Source: Octopus vulgaris
Taxonomy: Eukaryota
DNA length: 64,000 nt
Assembly (NCBI GenBank): GCA_951406725.2
Contig: OX597830.1
Span: 38,068,001-38,132,000 of the forward strand
Reading direction: 5' to 3'
The notes beneath the pieces are model-generated. The model saw only the letters and a program-made list of their open reading frames with translations. It ran no database searches and was not told the DNA's origin. Shown one piece after another: positions 54,609-64,000 of this stretch (position 1 is its first letter; every line of letters starts with the position of its first letter). The position numbers were made by a program, and so were the translations under genes.

Positions 54609-54630
54609 GTGATGATGATGATGATGATAT
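54321..54630 (+). repeat. (GAT)n/(GAC)n trinucleotide repeat region
   Basis: Seen directly. Confidence 0.95.
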
Positions 54631-56688
54631 CAAGCTGCTACTTTCTAGCTTGTTTTTTCGACAAAGAATCGTTTAGACAACAGACAAAATGTTTTGCAGC
54701 ATTTTTTTTTTCTTGATCCTTACGTTCCGAGTTCAAATGACGTTGCCGCTCATCATTTCTCGGGTCCAATAAAATAAAATACCAACCAAACACTAAGGTC
54801 GATTGCTTCTGCTAACTTCCTCCCCTCAAAATTAATTCGTTTTGTGGCTAGCCTCGAAATTATTACAACAGAAAAACAATAATAAAAAACATCAATGAAC
54901 AAAATACCAATTTATATATGCAAATATTCGTGTTTTTATGTGTGGATGCATATGCATACATCTAAATGTATATGTATGTGTGCGTATGTGAGTGACTATT
55001 GTTGTGTATGTGTGTTGTGTATGTGTGTATAATGAAATATTAATATAAACAAGCTTTGTGTGGAGGTAAAGAAAAGGCGAGAGAGAAAGCGTAGGAGAGA
55101 AGCAAATAAGGCGAGACAGAATGAAAGAAGAAGAAAAATAAAGACAGATAGGTTTAAACAGAAAGAGGAGGGTGTAGTTAGAGGAACGGAAACAAACTGA
55201 AGTTGTTATTCACGAAAAGGATGTTTATATTTACTTTGATATTTTTGTTGATATCACTGTTATATTTGATTTTTACTATTAAAAAATGTTTGTGAAACTG
55301 CGACAGCTGTTACTGCTGTTGGTGTTGTTCTGTTCAAACCTCGTTGAATACAACTATGATCAAAAGTATTCCATCCTTGGCTATCCCATCCAGGATTGTA
55401 TAGGACTTTAGTAACCTGATTAATCTGTCCTTTCCTATTATTTGTAGTATTGTTTCGTAACATTTAAGGCGTAAAGAGGTGGAACTGTGACAACACAGAA
55501 ATAAACAGTCGGCGAATGTATGAGCTTTTGTATATTGTATATAGTAGCTTCTTTTCATTGACGAATAGGTAGGTGTGGTCAGGAAGAGACAGAAGGAAGA
55601 CAACCCGATAAGTATATACGCACACATATGCGCCATAAATACATATACACATATACGGACGCGCACACACACACATGCGTCTGTATGAGTGTGTGTGTAT
55701 AAATATATGTATGTACATATATTGATATATATGTATGTATTTATGTGTATCCGCGTGTTTGCGTGTTTGTACGTGTAAATACGTGTTCATCAACAGGAAA
55801 TAAAGAAGGCGAAAGTGATATAGAAATGAGAAACGTGATAGAACGATATAGAAAGTGAAAGTAACTCATTGAAAACTTTAAACGAAAATATAAACATTGC
55901 CGGTAACAAAATACAATTTAAGCATGTGTTTTATTACGTTTATTGTAAACATCGAGATTAAATATAAATTGTTTACCTATTTTTGTAAATATTTGTGAAA
56001 CTTATATATATATATATCCATTAAGGTTGTGTATATCGATTAAAATTGAAAACTTTCCATACGATATATTTCCTATGAAGTAATTGCTATTATGCCACAT
56101 ATGGATTATTTCTTTAATAATACGCTTAAATTTGTTGCTTAATCTGCAACAGATGCAACGGGTGGGGTGGGGGTTATTTTTAACTCTTATAAAATTTACA
56201 GGATTCAGTTATTAGAGTGCGGTCATGTCGAGATATGACACCGTAGTGTTTATAATTTTATCATTAAATATGCAACGGATCGCTAAAAAATTCGATGCAT
56301 ACAAAGAGAAAAAAAAACGAGAATATATGATACGCAGCTATGCATTACCAAAAACTAATAGACAAGCATCCACACCCACACGCTCACGCACATACATAAA
56401 AACTCATTCACATACATACACATACATACGTGTGAATGTGAGTGTAAATATAAATATCAATATATATATATATATATATATATATATTGCATATATCCGT
56501 GCATACCCATACGCACACACATGCACAAATGTAGTTAAGCCTGTCGGTATATACATGTATACATAAATATAAGTAAGCATACAGACATTTATGCTTATAA
56601 ATATGCTTATTCATATCAATATGTATATCTTTATATATTATCTATCTATTTATCTCTCTCTCTCTCTTCTCTCCCTGTGTGTGTGTGT

Positions 56689-56728
<40 letters not shown>

Positions 56729-56767
56729 AGAGTGCGGTCGCTTGACTGTTCGAGAGCGAGGTTTACA

Positions 56768-57097
<330 letters not shown>

Positions 57098-57109
57098 TAG
57101 ATATAGATA

Positions 57110-58388
57110 TAGGGTGGGTGGAAAGTAACTAGGCATAAAAAATTGCTTATAGAATTTTTAATATCATTGAAGTTACGACATAAACATTTTTAAACGAACA
57201 ACCCTAATGGAGATATTTTCTTTTCTTACTCTCTTATTTCCGCGATGGCCGGTCGCTTGACTGTTTCAGAGCGAACTAAGATAGCAGCACGCTATCAAGT
57301 GTGGAATTCCATTGTTTTTGGTCCAGAGAAGTTGGCTTGCATTGAACATTACCTCCGGACACAATAAAATGTCGTCATGCAAAACTGATGACCATGGGCT
57401 CTGTGAACGATGAAGGAAGAAGTGGGAGTCCAACCACGTCCCGATCAGCAGAGAACGAGCAACGGTGCAGGAAATGTTTAATTGTAGCCCGCAAAAATCA
57501 ACACGTGAAGTAGATCGGGAAAATGGATTAACAAGACACACAAAACGTACGGTGTTGCATAAGGAATTGAATTTCGTCTGTGAAAATCCCATTATGTTCA
57601 GGAGCTAAAACCTGAAGACTGTGACCGCAGAAGTCCAGAACTCCATGAAGTGCAGATCTCACTCCAGGTGATTTTGACTTGAGGGATTACACAAAATAGG
57701 CGCTGGAGTGGGTGTGTGGTAAGTAGCTTGCTAACCAACCACATGGTTCCGGGTTCAGTGCCACTGTGTGGCATCTTGGGCAAGTGTCTTCTGCTATAGC
57801 CCAGGGCCGACCAATGCCTTGTGAGTGGGTTTGGTAGACGGAAACTGAAAGAAGCCTGTCGTATATATGTATATATATATGTGTGTGTTTGTATATGTCC
57901 CCCTAGCATTGCTTGACAACCGATGCTGGTGTGTTTACGTCCCTGTCACTTAGCAGTTCGGCAAAAAGAGACCGATAGAATAAGTACTGGGCTTACAAAG
58001 AATAAGTGCCGGGGTCGATTTGCTCGACTAAAAGGCGGTGCTCCAGCATGGCCGCAGTCAAATGACTGAAACAAGTAAAAAGAGAAAAAGAAAAAAAGAG
58101 AAAGAGGAGGTGTACAGGACAAAACCTCACACGTTGGAGTACTTAGGGGCACAGATTCAGGATGTTCTTAATGATATCTCAGATGACGTCCTTCAGAAGA
58201 TTGTTCATTCCATTCCTGGCCGTTTGAGGAAACTGGATGACGCCACCGGTGCTTACGTTGAAATAAGAAGATTTACTTTCATTTTCCCATGTAATGAAAA
58301 ACATGCATCATTTGTTTTAATAAATTTGTAAAAAGAATATGGATTTTATTGCCAATTTTTAATGCCTACCTACTTTCCACCCACCTTT
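57110..58388 (+). mobile_element. Tc1/mariner-superfamily element (rosa/DD41D-like), internally deleted, with SINE insertion
   Basis: TIRs AGGGTGGGTGGAAAGTA.CTAGGCAT / ATGCCTACCTACTTTCCACCCACCTT. ATG at 57245 MAGRLTVSERTKIAARY..GSVND.GRSG.P..SPQKSTR..HYVQELKPED, then SADLTP.DF and KEEVYRTKPHTLE..IQDVLNDI..RLRKL.DATGAYVE. The catalytic core is deleted, so the subfamily is inferred. Confidence 0.85.
57699..58085 (+). mobile_element. tRNA-derived SINE family C, full length, young
   Basis: Head GTGGGTGTGTGGTAAG..GGGTTCAGTGCC, CORE-like CATCTTGGGCAAGTGTCTT, internal TA/TG repeat, tail GGCGGTGCTCCAGCATGGCCGCAGTCAAATGACTGAAACAAGTAAAA. Tail-only copies at about 19287-19340 and 58746-58815. Confidence 0.92.
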
Positions 58389-58411
58389 CATATATGTATA
58401 TATATATATAT

Positions 58412-58625
58412 AGTTAATCCAAACATGAAAACACTAAGAGAAAACACAACAACGCGAGGACGTGAAACAAATGTAGTGTTATTGGACGCTCAGGAAAGGA
58501 AAGAAAGAAGCAGGATTTAACGTTTCGAGTGGAGCTCTTCGTCAGAAACATAGGAACAGGAAAGATCCGAGGAAGGGAAGATGGAGGGAAAAAATCGCCA
58601 ACGGTACATACGCGGTCACATTTCG
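58412..58625 (-). mobile_element. Penelope pseudo-LTR-like non-coding repeat carrying a hammerhead
   Basis: Sits between TA tracts, contains a minimal hammerhead motif, and has a degenerate second copy at 42283-42430. Confidence 0.6.
58515..58549 (-). ncRNA. Minimal type I hammerhead ribozyme motif
   Basis: GTTT-CTGACGA-A-GAG(CTCCA)CTC-GAAAC-GTT-AAAT: short stem I, 3-bp stem II, palindromic AACGTT stem III, GUU cleavage triplet. Confidence 0.7.
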
Positions 58626-58659
58626 AATATATATGTATATATATATTCAAAACACACAC

Positions 58660-58745
<86 letters not shown>

Positions 58746-59664
58746 GTCCTGGGGTCAATTTCTTCAACTAAAAGGCGGCGCTCGAGTATGGCCTCGACAA
58801 ATGACTGAAACATGTTAAAAAATATAATCATGCAACCGTCTTCTTCAAATTCAATCAACTAAGCTCTTCTCCCAAGTTATCAGACAACCCAAATCTTACA
58901 TTAGGCGAAAGTGGTCCCCACTAATAAAGAATGCAATAGAGCTTGGATCAACCTTCTGATATAATCATAGCGTTGCTGGAAGAAAGAAGGAAATCAGTAT
59001 AGTATAGAAATTATTGATTCTTTCATCCAAATTACAAAACATTTTTATCAGTTGTCATCAATCCATTAATCGTAGCGACAACTTCCCGGATACAAATAAA
59101 GATGGGTAGATTGCAGTCGAAACGCTTGCGATCATAAAATCGTTTCGATACGATCTTATCTGGGTTAAACAGTAACACATTTACACCCATCCAGCCACAG
59201 ACCTTGTAGTTATAACAATTATTCTACATTTTACCCTTTTCTTTCCAACTATTTGTTCAGATTCATATGAAGAAGCATAATTGCTATTGTATACACACAA
59301 ATATGAGGAGGTTAGTAGGTGGTCAGCCATTTTAGGGGTGGTTTCAAGGGAATTCAACGGTTGTTAAAAGTCAAAAAATTTAAGTTGACAGACAGGCAGA
59401 CAGATAGACACACACATACCCCCCCCCCCCACACACACACGCCAATAATATAAGAGGCTAATTCGCAATTTTGCCACCTAGGCATTATTATATACACCAC
59501 TAAAGTGAAAATGGGCACTAATAAACACCAGTATTGGTAGAAAAAAGAGTTAGAAGAACTCTATATATATATATATATATATACACGACAAGAACGTGTA
59601 TACATGCAAGCATATATATATATATACATATGTATATACACGACAAGCACATGTACACATGCAA

Positions 59665-59703
<39 letters not shown>

Positions 59704-59707
59704 TATA

Positions 59708-59930
59708 CAAGAGGGGTAATAAAAAGTTCCTGGCTTTAGGGGTGCTGTGAAAGGCTTGTTTGGAGGCCCAGCCTTCCGACTTCTGTTTACAGAGCTTACA
59801 AAAATTGAAGGACCGTTGCAATAAGCGTGCGATTGTAAGAGGGGAAGATATTTGAACAAAATCATAATTAAACGAACCTCCTGTATTTTCTTTTGCCCAA
59901 AGCCAAGAACTTTTCATTCGCAACCACTCA
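59708..59930 (+). mobile_element. mariner-derived MITE
   Basis: Imperfect TIRs AAAAGTTCCTGGCTTT / AAAGCCAAGAACTTTT with TA flanks. Internal LQKLKDRCNKRAIVRGED resembles a mariner transposase C-terminus. Related to 17342-17517. Confidence 0.8.
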
Positions 59931-60344
59931 TATGTGTGTGTGAGTGTGTGTGTGTGTGTGTGCGTGTATTTAGTAGTTTAATTGTATTTTTTTGTATGTA
60001 CAAGAATTACGTTACATGTATAGAGTTTTAGCCCTTACGAAAATCTGTATTAAGCTGTGATTACTAGAAATCTTAACGGTCAGCTGGATGTGATTCTTAC
60101 GTTTTACTTCGGATCAGAGCTGCAGCAGTCTGCTCATATGATAGCACACACATACACACTCAAAACCACACGGATTCACACTTAAGCATACATTGGATTG
60201 GGTATGCTTACACATACGCATATCCAGATGTTTGTGTTCGTGTATATCTCTGCGTGTGTGCGTGTGTTCGTTTGTATGCATGCATTTGCTTCCGTGTGCG
60301 TACATGAATAAATGTATGTATGCCGATAGGCATCCATACATGCA

Positions 60345-60448
<104 letters not shown>

Positions 60449-60526
60449 TGAATATATCTCTGCATGTAGATAAATATATATACATAGACGTATTTATAGA
60501 CCGATATGTATCTATACATATTTATC

Positions 60527-60580
<54 letters not shown>

Positions 60581-60891
60581 CACATATATATATACATATA
60601 CATATATATATATACATATATTTACATACATATATACATACGTACATATATACATACATATATACATACATACATATATATATATACATACATATATATA
60701 TATATATACATACATATATATATACATACATACATATATACATACATACATACATATATACATACATATATATATATATATATACATACATATATATCTA
60801 TTTATACATACACACATATGTGTGTGTATGTGTCTGTATTCAAACATGCATATGCGGTCACGCAGATAGACGTATATAGATACATACAAAC

Positions 60892-60931
<40 letters not shown>

Positions 60932-61239
60932 GTATATATATATATATATATATGTATTTGTGTGTGCGTGTGTGTGTGTGCATATATAATGCATATACAC
61001 ACACACATGTCTATATGAGTGTATGCTTGAGTCCGTGCCAGTGTGTGTGTGAGTGTATATGTGTGCATGTGTTCGCTTGCTTGTGTGCTATGCATTATAT
61101 GTGTGTGTGTGTTTGTACTTAGAATTTTAAAATATTTTTATATCTTTGTTAATTTTCTGAAATCGATACAGCAGCTAATCGATTGTTTATTTGCCTGTGA
61201 TGTAATGCTTCAGAAGTAAACACGGAAATCATTATCTCA

Positions 61240-61703
61240 GTCATCACATCTTCACATCATCATCATCATCATCATCATCACATTCATCGTCGTCGCCGTT
61301 CCCGCCATCATCTTCATCATCCTCATCAACATCGTAATCATCGTCAATCTTTTATTTTATTTATCATTACATCATTATGTTCATATCTTCTTATTATTAT
61401 TATTATCATTATTACTATCATTTCCCTTCTTCTTCTTTGTCTTCTGTTATTGTTCTTCTTTTTCTGCAACCTCCAACTTTGCCGGCGCCGACACCACCAC
61501 CACCACCACTACCACGACGATGACCACGACGACGACCACCACCACCACCACTACCGCCGCCACCGTGACCGCCGCCGCCGATTCCACCGGTTCCATCGCT
61601 TTCCCCGCCGCCACACTATCACAGCTGCCTCCACGATCAGCGGAACCACTACTACCACCACCGTCACCACCACCACCGTCACCGTCACCACCTACTACTA
61701 CTA

Positions 61704-61772
<69 letters not shown>

Positions 61773-61815
61773 ATTTTTCGCTTTGTTTTCTTTGTCTTCT
61801 TCCTCCTCTTATTCT
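61240..61815 (+). repeat. (ATC)/(ACC)/(GCC)/(ACT) compound trinucleotide repeats
   Basis: Seen directly. Confidence 0.9.
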
Positions 61816-64000
61816 TTTAATCTTCCTCTCATTGTTCCCGTTGTTGCTTTTGTTTAAGAGTAAATCGAGCAAAGTTTTATGACCAATGACTTAATACCAG
61901 CTTTAACAAGCAGTCTACCATTCAACCTGCAGTGCTGTCTGTGCTCTGGAGATTTTAAATATTTCAAGTAATGATACGAAAGCGGGGAGGGTCAGATTTA
62001 CTTTCTATTTCAAGCTGGGTGCGCTGCAGGCCACGGTAGACGCTTTCTTATTCTCGTCGTATTGTTCAATGATCGTCGATGCAGCAGCAGCAGCAGATAG
62101 CATCAGCAGCAGCAGTAACAGCAAGCAGCAGTAGCAGCAGCAAGCAGTGCTTGTCATAGCAGCAGCACCAAGTGTTCGTGGCTTTGTGGATGGTGGGGAA
62201 TTTGACGTTGCTGGTGATGCGCTCCTGTTGCTACTGCCGGTCTCTCTGACAGGACATCTCTTACTGCAGCTGTGCATTGTTTTAGCCTTTTATTGCCGCT
62301 GTTGTCCTCTTCGCAGTAACATATGGTACAGCAGCAGTAGCAGCATCCTCTTCAGCCTCATCATCATTATCATCATCATCAGCAACAGCAGACGTTGTTG
62401 TTGTAGTAATAGCGATGGCCGTTAACGCTTAGCTCCCCAACACGTTAGGTTTCATTGAGGCCTTCTAGCAGTGGCCATCTCCCCTAATTCATCTCTAACA
62501 ATATCATATATGATGCGCTTCATATTTCATGTCACGTTTTATTTCCTCTTTCTCATTTTTTGTTTTGTTTTGTACTTAAGTGGCAAAATAGCGAGATGTG
62601 ATGTGAGTTAATTTTGACTGCTATTTCTAATATGTCTCCTGACAGTAAAATAGGTTCCTTGATGGCCGCAAACGCAATTGCAATTGTTTGCTCTGCCGTA
62701 TTTGTTTTTCCTGTGTTTTTGGTTTCTCTTTTCTATGCACGTCTTGCATCTAGGGCGGAATGCTGTGAAGGTCTACATTTTATAAGATACTATAGTGTGA
62801 CTGGAGGAAATTCGGCTGCTATTTCTAGCATTGAAACGATCATACAAAGTGTCACTCGAATTGTCAGACGTGTAATTTATGGCTTACTTTTTCCTACTTT
62901 TGTTAACGTTTTTGCTATTGATTGCCGTTACTGCTGTTGTTGCCTCGGTTGCAGTTATTGTGCTTATTCTGGTTGTTGTTGTTGTTGTTGTTGCGCGTCG
63001 CTACTGCTTTGACCCAGGTCAATTCTGATCGAGCTGACATATGGTGAAATGTGTTCCAGTTTTGTTGTTGTTGTTGTTCTTCTCCTTCTTCCTCTCCCCC
63101 TTTTCTTATTGTTATTATTATTATAATCATTATTAATATTAATCTTATTATTATTAGTCACCTTATTATACATCTTCTTATTCCTCATCATCACCTTCTT
63201 CTTCTTCTTCTTCTTCTTCTTCTTCTTCTTCTCCTTCTTCTTCTTAGTCGTTTTTATTATCTGTATTATTCAGCGATGATCGCACGCGAGACGAACCCGA
63301 CTATTCGTTGAACTCAACGTGAGCATTGAACTACCACGCACATTTAACAAGGGAGGGAAGCAATGTTCCTCTCCCTCTCTCTCGTGGGCAGAGCAAAAAG
63401 AGGTTGTATGCTGAGCGAGGCTGCGGAAAGATTGAGGAAAGACATTTTCCTCTTCAGTCAAGCTCTCATCGACTTTTCAAAGTTCCACTCGGAAAGCAAA
63501 GGGTGGGCGTAGAAAGAAATGCCACCTTCCAGTGAAGACTCTGCATTTGGCGGTCAGGATAATCCTGGACCTGGCGGGTATAAGGAAGGCTGCATCATTC
63601 ATAATACCAGTTACCTTCTGTATACATTTCACCATTTTTCCCCAAGGGGGTAGAAAGGGCTCCTTAGTCGTAGTGAAGGCAATCTATCTAGGGAGATAAC
63701 CTTACAATAAATCACTCGGTCCGTAGCTTAGAAATACTGGGTTGACGTCCAGCGGGAACAGCTTTGTTTCATGGAGGAGGAAAGATCTTCTTTAGTATTT
63801 GGTTGTACAATGCTTTCCAATGTGTGTAGTAGTGGCGCGCGCACACATTATTAGCCATTTGAAAAGACTATGAAAGTCTCGACCACGGTCGAACAATGAT
63901 GATGATGATTTTTTCCATTTCTTTCTCACCATACTTTATGTAAATTCTCACCTGTTCTAGTGGAAAATCTGATCTAACGAGAGGAAACAATATAAATGAT

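Overview
AT-rich, microsatellite-saturated eukaryotic non-genic DNA. The repeat families resemble those of an Octopus/coleoid cephalopod genome; this is an inference from SINE types and simple-repeat load. No host protein-coding gene can be supported, and almost all ORFs in the track are translations of simple repeats. The first 20 kb holds at least seven fragments of R4/Dong-clade non-LTR retrotransposons (RT + CCHC + RLE), most of them inserted in (TAA)n tracts, including one 2.9-kb copy broken by about four frameshifts. The rest contains three tRNA-derived SINE families (monomeric, multimeric, nested and inverted copies), Tc1/mariner deletion derivatives and MITEs, Penelope-like remnants, and several minimal hammerhead ribozyme motifs. 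The most unusual structure is at 42937-43873: a non-coding fold-back element joining a tRNA-like Pol III head, an internal (AAT)n tract and a hammerhead-bearing tail. Its (AAT)n tract has itself been invaded by a second non-coding (TAA)n-targeting retroposon.
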